The notes under the pieces are model-generated. The model worked only from the letters and a program-made list of their open reading frames with translations. It was not told the origin of the DNA and searched no databases. Positions 37,363 through 45,859 of a DNA stretch of 64,000 nt are shown piece by piece (position 1 is the stretch's first letter; the number at the start of each line of letters is the position of its first letter). A program made the translations under genes and the position numbers. The stretch is taken from positions 211,996 through 275,995 of the forward strand of contig JBAYJP010000001.1 of NCBI GenBank assembly GCA_041665025.1, given 5' to 3'. Source of the DNA: Candidatus Magasanikiibacteriota bacterium. Its GTDB lineage: Bacteria > Patescibacteriota > Patescibacteriia > Magasanikbacterales > UBA922.

Positions 37363-39591
37363 ATGAATACAAAAGTTGACATACAAGAATTTTTTATCGA
37401 AGGGAATGATGACAAGGCTTCCCACGTCCTCCTCCACATAGCTGAACCCGTTACGCCCGAAGAGCAACAGCGAGGTTATTTTTTTGCATTAGCCGAAATA
37501 AATAATAGTTCACCAGAACAAATAGAACAACTTCAACAAGTAATCGATGAGATAGAGTCAGGATACTATGATACGTCGGCACCATACCATGAGACCATGT
37601 TTGAACAAATTCTTCAACGCGTCAATCGCCAAAGCCACCAACTGGTGCAATATACTGACAGCGACATTCACTGTGTGGTGGGCGCACTAAATAATAAAAA
37701 ACTCACGCTCGCATACCGCGGGTCACCCACCGCATCACTATTTTATCCTGATGCAGAAAGTTTCAAAGAAGCAAAAATTATTGATGGGGAAAGCGAGCTC
37801 ACTGAACAACTTTTTTCTGCTGTCGCAGAGGGTATCATAAACGAGGGAGATTATATATATTGTACCACGCCTCATGTGGAACAATATTTTTCTTCTGATC
37901 GAGTACGCAAAATCCTTCCTGGACGAACGACGCGCCAGACATCAGCTCATATCCAAAAATCCCTTGATAGTCTGAAAAATGAATATTCCTTCGGCGGCCT
38001 ATTTTTGCATCTGCCTAGACTGGCAGTCAATGCGGTCGTAGCGAAAAAAGCCCCGCAGTATGAAGAGGGTTCGGAAGCTTCCATGAATAATTTACTCAAT
38101 ACAACTCGATCGACTGCTGAAACTCTCTCACCTCCGGTCCTAAAACACATGAAAGGATCTATCCAGTCATTTCTCAAAAAAAACAAAGAGCACATACCCG
38201 AAGATCAACCTACAACCAAAAAATATGGATCGATTGAAACAAATTACCGCCCCTCTTCACATATACCCCAAGATACGGTGGGAAACAAATTTTTGATAGG
38301 CCTCGGACACGGTTTGGTATTTGTAGGAAAAGGATTATATATCATAGCCAAAAAGATAACTATTGCAATCGGGAGAGGTTCTGTATATTTTTTCTACATG
38401 GTTACCAACAGGCATGGCAGACGGACGCTTATGATGGACATGACTCGTTCGTACCTTCATACTAAACGCGGTACGTTTACAGATCTTGGCATGGGAGCAA
38501 AAGTATTGTCCATTGCACTTATGGCTCTGGTTATATTGTTCGTAGGAAGTATTGCTTATCTAAAAGTAAAAGAGCATAACGAGGCAAAACGGGCTCAATA
38601 TGAAAGTACGGTTGATTCAATTACCGAAAAAAAGAATGAGGCAGAATCTCGACTACTATATGGCGAGGAAACAAAAGCTCTTGGCCTATTACACGAAGCT
38701 CAGCAGATGCTTCAGAATTTGCCCCAAGACAATGATACTGAAAAAACAACATTCAACCAATTAAACCAGGATATTGACGGTGTTCTTAATAAATTACGAA
38801 AAATTTCATCGGTTGATGCGCAATTGGTTGTAGACTTAGTACAAACAAATACAGCTGTTCAGACAGACAAGCTCGTGCTCCTCGGAGACAAAGTCATGGC
38901 GTTTGGATCAACAGATACAAATATATATAGTGTGGATCCGGTTACAAAACAAGTAGAAATAAAAAAACACGACACCATTCCCTCTCTGTCATACGGAGAT
39001 GTACCCAAAGAAAATGATAAAATAATCTTTACCGTGCCACCAGACCGCATTGCAGAATATGACAGCCAGACACAAGCCCTTGTAGCCAAAGATATTTCAT
39101 TTCCAACACAAGATGTGGCTATAACTGACATTACATCATACAGCCGTCGTATATATGTATTGGATCCTTCGCATGAACAAATTTATAAGCACAACCCAAC
39201 TCAGACGGGCTACGATCGTGGGGCGTCATGGATTACCCAAAAAACGTCTTCTCTAAAAGACGCAGTTGCCTTGAGCGTAGATGGAGATATGTTTGTGCTT
39301 ACCAATAATTCTATTTTGAAATTTACGGCTGGCGAAGAACAATCTTTTACTATAAATGGACTTGATCCCGCTTTGAACAAAGCTTCAGACATATGGACAT
39401 ATGCTGATGCAAACAATTTGTATATCATTGAACCAACCAATAAACGCGTTATCTTGATAGATAAAGAAGGAAACTTCAAAGGCCAATACACTTCAAGTCT
39501 CTGGACAAACCCAACAGGCATCGCGGTACAAGAAAAAAATAAGACAATATTTGTTCTCGACAATAACAAGGTCTATCAATTTACGTTTTAA
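37363..39591 (+). CDS. large hypothetical membrane-anchored protein (cytoplasmic N-domain, one TM, coiled coil, extracytoplasmic repeat/propeller-like C-domain)
   Basis: TM helix at about aa 385 (AKVLSIALMALVILFVGSIAYL); no catalytic motif recognised. Confidence 0.4.
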   Translation: MNTKVDIQEFFIEGNDDKASHVLLHIAEPVTPEEQQRGYFFALAEINNSSPEQIEQLQQVIDEIESGYYDTSAPYHETMFEQILQRVNRQSHQLVQYTDSDIHCVVGALNNKKLTLAYRGSPTASLFYPDAESFKEAKIIDGESELTEQLFSAVAEGIINEGDYIYCTTPHVEQYFSSDRVRKILPGRTTRQTSAHIQKSLDSLKNEYSFGGLFLHLPRLAVNAVVAKKAPQYEEGSEASMNNLLNTTRSTAETLSPPVLKHMKGSIQSFLKKNKEHIPEDQPTTKKYGSIETNYRPSSHIPQDTVGNKFLIGLGHGLVFVGKGLYIIAKKITIAIGRGSVYFFYMVTNRHGRRTLMMDMTRSYLHTKRGTFTDLGMGAKVLSIALMALVILFVGSIAYLKVKEHNEAKRAQYESTVDSITEKKNEAESRLLYGEETKALGLLHEAQQMLQNLPQDNDTEKTTFNQLNQDIDGVLNKLRKISSVDAQLVVDLVQTNTAVQTDKLVLLGDKVMAFGSTDTNIYSVDPVTKQVEIKKHDTIPSLSYGDVPKENDKIIFTVPPDRIAEYDSQTQALVAKDISFPTQDVAITDITSYSRRIYVLDPSHEQIYKHNPTQTGYDRGASWITQKTSSLKDAVALSVDGDMFVLTNNSILKFTAGEEQSFTINGLDPALNKASDIWTYADANNLYIIEPTNKRVILIDKEGNFKGQYTSSLWTNPTGIAVQEKNKTIFVLDNNKVYQFTF

Positions 39592-39608
39592 CACATACAC
39601 ATCTAAAA

Positions 39609-39640
39609 CAAAACCACCCCGCTTAGCGGAGTGGTTTTTT
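39609..39640. terminator. bidirectional intrinsic terminator between the 742-aa gene and rplL
   Basis: aaaaccaccccgc-tta-gcggagtggtttttt. Confidence 0.6.
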
Positions 39641-39680
39641 ATTCAGTGTAACTCTTCGTTCACTTCTGTATTTCCGTGTA

Positions 39681-40085
39681 TTATTTCAAATTCACTTTTC
39701 CGCCAGCTTCCTCAATCTTTTTCTTCATTTCTTCTGCATCAGCTTTCTTTACATTTTCTTTTACTGTTTTTGGAGCTCCATCAACAAGAGCTTTTGCATC
39801 AGCAAGTCCAAGACCAGTAATTTCTTTGACAACTTTGATGACCGCAATTTTATTTGCACCAGATTCAGCAAGTTCAACATTGAACTCGCTCTTTTCTTCT
39901 GCGGCTGGAGCTGCACCAGCGGCTGGAGCTGCCATCATCATAGCTGGAGCTGCTGCTGATACGCCAAATTTTTCTTCGAGAACTTTGACTAATTCGGAAA
40001 GATCCAAAACAGACATCTTTTCGACTTGTTCCACGAGAGCCTTGAATTTCTCTGGAACTTCAACGATTGTTTTTTCTTCTGACAT
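39681..40085 (-). CDS. rplL: 50S ribosomal protein L7/L12
   Basis: Typical N-terminal dimerisation domain, Ala/Pro hinge and C-terminal domain ([22 protein letters not shown]). Confidence 0.95.
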   Translation of the reverse strand: MSEEKTIVEVPEKFKALVEQVEKMSVLDLSELVKVLEEKFGVSAAAPAMMMAAPAAGAAPAAEEKSEFNVELAESGANKIAVIKVVKEITGLGLADAKALVDGAPKTVKENVKKADAEEMKKKIEEAGGKVNLK

Positions 40086-40093
40086 ATAAATAA

Positions 40094-40615
40094 TTAAGCT
40101 TTACTTTCTTTAATATTATTTAATACTCCGACCAAGTTTCTCAAATTCCCTGCTAGGACATTAACAAATCCTGAAACAGGTGCATTGATAGACCCGACCA
40201 ATCTTCCAAGCAATTCTTGCTTGGTTGGTACTTTTGAAAGTGATATAACTTCCTGCGCAGCGAGAAATCTGCCTTCAAGTATTCCGCCAAAAAATGTAAC
40301 ACTCTCATGTTTCTTGGCAAAATCTGCCAAGAGTTTTGCTGGAGCTACTTCATCCTCTATACCAAGCACAACCGCCACACCTCCACTAAAGGTTCCTGTG
40401 TCTACATCAAGTTTGAGGTCAGTAAGTATTCTCTGCAAGAGAGTCTTCTTGATTGCTGTGTATGTAATATTTTGGTTACGGCAAATTTTACGAAGTTCTT
40501 CAGAATCTTTTACTTTCAATCCTTGAAAATTTGCAAAAACTGCAGATTTTGATTTCTGTAGTGCAGCAGATAATTGTTCAAGAGATTGTTCTTTTTGTTG
40601 TCGTGTCTTAGCCAT
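40094..40615 (-). CDS. rplJ: 50S ribosomal protein L10
   Basis: 173 aa, placed directly upstream of rplL; typical L10 N-terminus. Confidence 0.95.
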   Translation of the reverse strand: MAKTRQQKEQSLEQLSAALQKSKSAVFANFQGLKVKDSEELRKICRNQNITYTAIKKTLLQRILTDLKLDVDTGTFSGGVAVVLGIEDEVAPAKLLADFAKKHESVTFFGGILEGRFLAAQEVISLSKVPTKQELLGRLVGSINAPVSGFVNVLAGNLRNLVGVLNNIKESKA

Positions 40616-40830
40616 ATGCTAAGTTTTCTAAGTTAACTAAGTTGTCTAAGTCTTCTACGTTTAATAGCGCAGTAAAAACTCAAACAAAAAACTGTGGTTG
40701 TTCCACAGACCTTTATGTTATCCTTCGACCTTTTTGGCTGAATTTAGCTAAAGTATGATACTTAGCAAACCTAGTCAAATTAGAATAACCTCGGCAGGTA
40801 ATTAAGTCTTTCGACACCTGCTGTCTATGG
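40616..40830 (-). promoter_or_regulatory. rplJ (L10) leader with internal attenuator hairpin
   Basis: On the minus strand: CUGUGG-AACAA-CCACAG followed by UUUUUU (plus-strand 40683-40708), about 70 nt upstream of the rplJ start. CTAAGTT tandem words lie just before the start. Confidence 0.4.
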
Positions 40831-40881
40831 TAATAAACACAGATTACACTATGGCAAAAATTTTGTCAAGTGTAATCGAGC

Positions 40882-40902
40882 TTGTAGCGCCACGGGGAAT
40901 CG
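40882..40902. repeat. 21-bp direct repeat copy (duplicated 3' end of tRNA-Glu)
   Basis: ttgtagcgccacggggaatcg is identical to 41046-41066. Confidence 0.8.
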
Positions 40903-41019
40903 GCTTCATCTCTCACTCGCTTCCGCTCGTTCGGGCTAGCCACCGCCTCGCGGTCGCGCCTTACAGCAAAATCGGCGCGACTCGCTCCGGCGTTCGATTC
41001 CCTCGGTCTGCTCAAAAAT

Positions 41020-41045
41020 AAAATCCCCCATTTAGGGGAATTTTA
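41020..41045 (-). terminator. intrinsic terminator immediately downstream of tRNA-Glu
   Basis: aaaatccccc-attta-ggggaatttt flanked by T-runs. Nearly the same sequence as the terminator at 54421-54448. Confidence 0.5.
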
Positions 41046-41066
41046 TTTTGTAGCGCCACGGGGAAT
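41046..41066. repeat. 21-bp direct repeat copy (within the 3' end of tRNA-Glu)
   Basis: Identical to 40882-40902. Confidence 0.8.
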
Positions 41067-41120
41067 CGAACCCCGATTCTCAGGATGAAAACCTGATGTC
41101 CTAACCATTAGACGATGGCG
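41049..41120 (-). tRNA. tRNA-Glu (anticodon UUC)
   Basis: Cloverleaf GGCGCCA-UC-GUCU-AAUGGUUA-GGAC-A-UCAGG-UUUUCAU-CCUGA-GAAU-CGGGG-UUCGAUU-CCCCG-UGGCGCU-A. Confidence 0.9.
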
Positions 41121-41270
41121 CCATGTAGAGGAATGTGCCAAAGTATACACTACTTTTTAGCAAGTCGTCAAGAGACAAAAACCATTATTCAATTAACAAC
41201 ACACAGGGATTGTGCTATAGTGATTACGTAAGAACTCACACATAAGCCTTAACTACTCTAACTAGACTAT

Positions 41271-42194
41271 ATGAATAAAACCAACACATTACTTATTATT
41301 CTCATCATCGTGGTACTCGGCGTATTTGGTATACTTGCCGCTCGCATATTTTCTCCAGAAGATTCATGGATCTGCGAAGAAACGGGCTGGGTAAAACATG
41401 GAAACCCAAGTAATCCGATGCCTACAACAGGATGTGGCCAAAATGAAACTACGACGACGAATGGCAACACTCAGCCATATACAAATGAAATAGTTGTTGA
41501 TACTCCGAAAATAAATGATGAAATAACAAGCCCACTCAGCATTACCGGTAAAGCCAGAGGAAGTTGGTACTTTGAAGGCTCTTTCCCTATTGAACTACTA
41601 AATGATAAAGGGGATAAGCTCACAACCGCTATTGCTACAGCTCAAGGTGAATGGATGACAACTGAGTTTGTACCTTTTACTGCCACGCTTGCATTTGAAC
41701 CCGGCGATGCGACTTCGGGAATGTTAATTGTAAAAAATGATAATCCGTCAGGAGATCCGTCAAAAGATAAACAGATTGCCATACCTGTTCAATTTAAACA
41801 AGAAACAATGACCGTGAAAATCTTCTTTAATAATGATAAAAATGACCCAAATCTTTCAGATTGTTCCAAAGTATATAGTGTAGAGCGCACTATTCCAAAA
41901 ACACAGGCAGTGGGTCGAGCGGCTCTCGAGCAACTATTTAAAGGATTATCAAAGGAAGAGGCGTATGAAGGATTTTTTGACAACATCCCGGCTGGAGTTA
42001 AAATCCAGAATTTAACCATAGAAAATGGAGTGGCAAAAGTTGATTTGAGTAAAGAATTAGAAGAAGGAGTTGGCGGTTCTTGCCGAGTAACTGCAATTAG
42101 AGCCCAAGTTACAGAAACGCTCAAACAATTCCCTACCGTCAAGGAGGTAATTATTTCTATTGATGGGCGTACCGAGGATATTTTGCAGCCCTAG
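41271..42194 (+). CDS. membrane-anchored GerMN/Gmad2-like domain protein
   Basis: N-terminal TM, a Thr/Asn-rich linker and a C-terminal GerMN-like pattern (VYSVERTIP...ALEQLFKG...VTAIRAQVTETLKQFPTVKEV). Confidence 0.45.
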   Translation: MNKTNTLLIILIIVVLGVFGILAARIFSPEDSWICEETGWVKHGNPSNPMPTTGCGQNETTTTNGNTQPYTNEIVVDTPKINDEITSPLSITGKARGSWYFEGSFPIELLNDKGDKLTTAIATAQGEWMTTEFVPFTATLAFEPGDATSGMLIVKNDNPSGDPSKDKQIAIPVQFKQETMTVKIFFNNDKNDPNLSDCSKVYSVERTIPKTQAVGRAALEQLFKGLSKEEAYEGFFDNIPAGVKIQNLTIENGVAKVDLSKELEEGVGGSCRVTAIRAQVTETLKQFPTVKEVIISIDGRTEDILQP

Positions 42195-42233
42195 TTAACA
42201 CTTGAATAAACGATATAAAACAGGTACTATAAG

Positions 42234-42998
42234 GTGGCTATACTAGCCACTTTTAGTTATCCTATGGAGATACAAGAGCTTAAACAAAAAATAGTCTTTT
42301 TTATCAAAGAAAAAGCTGGAGATAAACCAGTTGTTTTGGGTTTGAGCGGGGGGATAGATTCCGCCCTTGTCGCCTATCTTGCAGTCGAAGCGCTTGGCCC
42401 AAGCAATGTATATGGGGTTATACTTCCATCTTCAACCAACTCTAATCAGGATCTCATTTACGCAAAAAAAATAGCAACAAATCTTAATCTTCAATCTTTA
42501 ATCTTCAATCTTGAACCAATTTTAAAAGCTTACCAAGAATCTACCAATAAACTTTTTTTCTCAAAAAAATCTTTAGGTAATCTAAAAGCACGGATACGGA
42601 TGTCTATATCGTATGGTAAAGCAAATGAGCTAAACGCTCTCGTTCTTGGCACTGGCAACAAAACAGAACTTATGGTTGGTTATTTTACCAAATATGGCGA
42701 CGGCGGAGTTGATCTACTTCCCATTGGAGATTTATACAAAATTGAAGTGAGAGAACTTGCAAAGTATATTGGAGTACCGCAAGAAATTATTGACCGCGCG
42801 CCAACTGCCGGATTGTGGGAAGGACAAACTGACGAAGGCGAACTTGGAATAACATATAAGAAATTAGATAAAATTTTAATGGCAATAGAACGTGGAGAAA
42901 ATCTGGAGTATTTTGACAAGGACGATGTTGAACAAGTTAAACAGCGGATTAAAAATGCGGGACACAAACTCCGCACGCCTCCAATTTGCAAAATTTAA
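42234..42998 (+). CDS. nadE: NH3-dependent NAD+ synthetase
   Basis: PP-loop VVLGLSGGIDSALVAYLA. The start may be the internal MEIQEL at 42264. Contains an AATCTTN x5 heptamer array at 42479-42514. Confidence 0.85.
   Translation: MAILATFSYPMEIQELKQKIVFFIKEKAGDKPVVLGLSGGIDSALVAYLAVEALGPSNVYGVILPSSTNSNQDLIYAKKIATNLNLQSLIFNLEPILKAYQESTNKLFFSKKSLGNLKARIRMSISYGKANELNALVLGTGNKTELMVGYFTKYGDGGVDLLPIGDLYKIEVRELAKYIGVPQEIIDRAPTAGLWEGQTDEGELGITYKKLDKILMAIERGENLEYFDKDDVEQVKQRIKNAGHKLRTPPICKI
42479..42514. repeat. tandem AATCTTN heptamers (about 5 copies) inside nadE
   Basis: aatctt aatcttc aatcttt aatcttc aatcttg; encodes NLNLQSLIFNLE. The same AATCTT word is also tandemly repeated in the intergenic region 24765-24810. 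Confidence 0.8.
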
Positions 42999-43083
42999 CA
43001 GAACACGAATATAGTAAATTAAACGAATCAAAACGAATTCGTTAAAATCAGTTTCATTCGTTCAATTCGCGTTCCATTACGAT

Positions 43084-44436
43084 ATGTCAAAAGCGCTTTT
43101 TATAGGAAGATTTCAACCCTTTCACCTCGGCCACCTAGATGCACTAAAACAAATCACTGAAGACGAGATTATTATTGGGGTTGGAAGTTCACAATATAGC
43201 AGAACTGATGAAAATCCGTGGGCGTTTGAAGAACGAAAGCAAATGATTGAGCAGTCGCTTGCAAACGAACACTTTAATTATTCAATTACCGCGATACCTG
43301 ATATCCATGATGAAAAAAATTGGGTAGACCATGTAAAAAAAATCGTCGGTGATTTTGCTGTTGTATATACAGGCAATGATGTTGTCAAAAAATTATTTAA
43401 AGAGAAGGGATACAGAGTGAAAGAGGTAGGAGTTAAGGTTAAAATTTCTGGAACAGAAATACGCAAGGAAGCTAATCGACTATTTGAAAAACTTTCTAAA
43501 ACAAAGAGAACCATGTCCTACTGTTTGAGTATTGCGCCACTCACACTTGAAATAAATCAACTCAAAAAAGAACAAAATGCCATCATACTCGCCCACTCAT
43601 ATCAGACAACCGATATCATGTACGGCGTTGCAGATTTTATTGGCGATTCATATGGACTAGCAAAAATAGCATCACAACATGACGCGCAGAAAATAATTTT
43701 CTGTTCAGTACATTTCATGGGAGAAACGGCAAAAATATTAAATCCAAAAAAAGAAGTATTGGTACCGACAATGGCAGGATGCTCTCTTGCAGAGAGTATT
43801 ACCGCAAAAGATGTACGAAATCTAAAAGCAAAATATCCGGGAGTTCCTGTAATTACCTATGTGAACACAACGGCAGAAGTAAAAGCTGAAAGCGATATAT
43901 GCTGTACTTCGTCTAACGCCCTGAAAATTATAAACTCTTTGCCTAATGAACAAGTTATTTTTATTCCAGACAAACTCATGGGACAAAATCTACAGAAAAA
44001 GACAGACAAGAAACTTATTTTATGGAATGGAACGTGTATCGTGCATGAACAATTTGATAAGCAAGCTATAGACAATATCCGCGCACAATTTCCAGAAACA
44101 AAGATATTGGCACACTATGAATGTACATCATCGGTAGCTGATAATGTAGACATGGTCGGAAGTACCGGAGAAATGCTAAAATATGTACAAGAAAATCCTG
44201 CCGAACATTACATGCTTATTACTGAGTGTGGCATTACGGACAGAGTTCAAACAGAATTTCCAGATAAACACATTGTAGGCAGTTGTCAACTTTGCCCGTA
44301 TATGAAACAGATTAAATTAGAGGATGTGCTCACTGCATTACAAAATCCCAGAGAAGAGCAGATTATTTCTATTCCGAAGGATATACTTAAGAGAGCGAAA
44401 AAAAGTTTGGATAGGATGATGGAATTGGGCAAGTAA
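43084..44436 (+). CDS. nadA: bifunctional fusion: archaeal-type nicotinamide-nucleotide adenylyltransferase (NadM-like) plus quinolinate synthase (NadA)
   Basis: N-terminal 140 aa FIGRFQPFHLGHL cytidylyltransferase (HxGH) fold. C-terminal 300 aa NadA with its conserved cysteines (ILAHSYQ, FMGETAKILNP, CIVHEQF, GSCQLCPYM). Confidence 0.75.
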   Translation: MSKALFIGRFQPFHLGHLDALKQITEDEIIIGVGSSQYSRTDENPWAFEERKQMIEQSLANEHFNYSITAIPDIHDEKNWVDHVKKIVGDFAVVYTGNDVVKKLFKEKGYRVKEVGVKVKISGTEIRKEANRLFEKLSKTKRTMSYCLSIAPLTLEINQLKKEQNAIILAHSYQTTDIMYGVADFIGDSYGLAKIASQHDAQKIIFCSVHFMGETAKILNPKKEVLVPTMAGCSLAESITAKDVRNLKAKYPGVPVITYVNTTAEVKAESDICCTSSNALKIINSLPNEQVIFIPDKLMGQNLQKKTDKKLILWNGTCIVHEQFDKQAIDNIRAQFPETKILAHYECTSSVADNVDMVGSTGEMLKYVQENPAEHYMLITECGITDRVQTEFPDKHIVGSCQLCPYMKQIKLEDVLTALQNPREEQIISIPKDILKRAKKSLDRMMELGK

Positions 44437-44555
44437 ACAAAAAACCGCTTTTCAGCAGTTCTTTGAAAAAATAGTATGTCCATGGTAAAACTTTATATAT
44501 TGTATAATATACAAAGTTCTCGCCATGGACACCTCCTTGCCAAGCGAGAAAAAGA

Positions 44556-44849
44556 TCAGCGTGCGCTAAAAGAGATCTTTTCGCGTGGGATCCTCTTGCC
44601 CCAAGCCCGGGCACACTCCCGCTCGTGTCTCTCCACACAACCGATCTTGATCAGGTAGGCCAGCACAGAATAGACGTTGCTGTGCCGCACCCTCCAGGTC
44701 GTATCCTCAACGATCCTTACGGCACTCCACTGCTTACCCGGCGTCCCGCTGAGAAGTCTGAAGACCTCATCGCGTGCCGGACGCACAATGAGGTCATAGT
44801 GGAGAAAGACACCAACCAAAACACCGCCGACTATGACCAAAAGCCACAT
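44556..44849 (-). CDS. hypothetical small protein (N-terminal TM helix) in high-GC island, antisense insertion inside the nad operon
   Basis: SD GGAGGT 7 nt upstream of the ATG; MWLLVIVGGVLVGVFL...; GC3-rich codons. Followed by a 60-bp hairpin tgtccatgg...ccatggaca at 44478-44537. Confidence 0.35.
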   Translation of the reverse strand: MWLLVIVGGVLVGVFLHYDLIVRPARDEVFRLLSGTPGKQWSAVRIVEDTTWRVRHSNVYSVLAYLIKIGCVERHERECARAWGKRIPREKISFSAR

Positions 44850-44912
44850 CGCAGTACCTCCGGGGTTGTTGTTTCATTTTTATTCTAACACAAAAAATCA
44901 AAATCTCATAGT

Positions 44913-45782
44913 ATGACAAAAAAACAACTCATCAAAAAATACTTCAACCAAAAAGAAAAACTCAATCTCAAAAATCCCCAATATCTAAAACAAGTAAAAA
45001 CCTTTACGTCTTTTTTGCTTGAAGAAGATCTGCAAGACAATGGCGATATTACCACAAATACTATTATCAAAGGAAATCCAAAAGTAACAGCTATCATAAA
45101 AACAAAAGAAAATGGCATCCTCGCTGGACTAGAAGAAACACGTTGGTTTCTTACGGCCTACGGCTTAAGACTTACGACTTACAAAAAAGATGAAAACATC
45201 ATAAAAAAAGGTACTAAAATAATGAAAATCACCGGTGGAATTAAAGATATACTAAAAATTGAACGGGCCATTTTAAATTTACTTCAACGCATGAGTGGAA
45301 TCGCTACACAAACCAACAAACTCGTCAAAATCACTAAAAACAAAGTACTCATCTGCCCTACCCGCAAAACACAGTGGGGACTACTCGACAAAAAAGCTGT
45401 CACACTTGGCGGTGGCGGAACGCATAGACTTGGATTATATGATTGGATTCTGATAAAAGACAACCATCTCAAACAAATTTCAAATTTCAAATTTCAAATT
45501 TCAAATTTTTGGGAAATTGAAGCGAAAACCAAAAAACAAGTAGATCAGTTTATCAAGCTCAAACCAAGTGCACTGATGTTTGATAACTTTCAACCAAAAG
45601 ATATTAAAAACATACTGCAAAAATATAAAAAAAATATTACAAATACTATAATTTTTGAAGCATCAGGTGGCATTACAGAAAAAAATATTGTAGAGTATGC
45701 AAAGACAGGAGTAGATGTTATTTCACTTGGTTCACTCACTCACTCTACAAAAGCACTTGATATTTCTTTGGACATTTTATAA
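44913..45782 (+). CDS. nadC: nicotinate-nucleotide (quinolinate) pyrophosphorylase
   Basis: QAPRTase pattern (...ICPTRKTQWGLLDKKAVTLGGGGTHRLGLYDWILIKDNH...). Contains a CAAATTT x5 heptamer array at 45474-45508. Confidence 0.85.
   Translation: MTKKQLIKKYFNQKEKLNLKNPQYLKQVKTFTSFLLEEDLQDNGDITTNTIIKGNPKVTAIIKTKENGILAGLEETRWFLTAYGLRLTTYKKDENIIKKGTKIMKITGGIKDILKIERAILNLLQRMSGIATQTNKLVKITKNKVLICPTRKTQWGLLDKKAVTLGGGGTHRLGLYDWILIKDNHLKQISNFKFQISNFWEIEAKTKKQVDQFIKLKPSALMFDNFQPKDIKNILQKYKKNITNTIIFEASGGITEKNIVEYAKTGVDVISLGSLTHSTKALDISLDIL
45474..45508. repeat. tandem heptamer (CAAATTT) x5 inside nadC
   Basis: Direct reading; encodes KQISNFKFQISNFWE. Confidence 0.85.
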
Positions 45783-45859
45783 TTCGTTTCGATTCGTTAG
45801 ATCCGTTTCATTCGTGTTCTATTTCTTAATGGCACACAAATTGAACGAATTAAACGAAT

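Noticed and set aside
40827-41021. Plus-strand ORF (64 aa) in the GC-rich segment beside tRNA-Glu
   Set aside because: It has no SD, it is translated through the duplicated tRNA fragment, and it is open only because the DNA is GC-rich.
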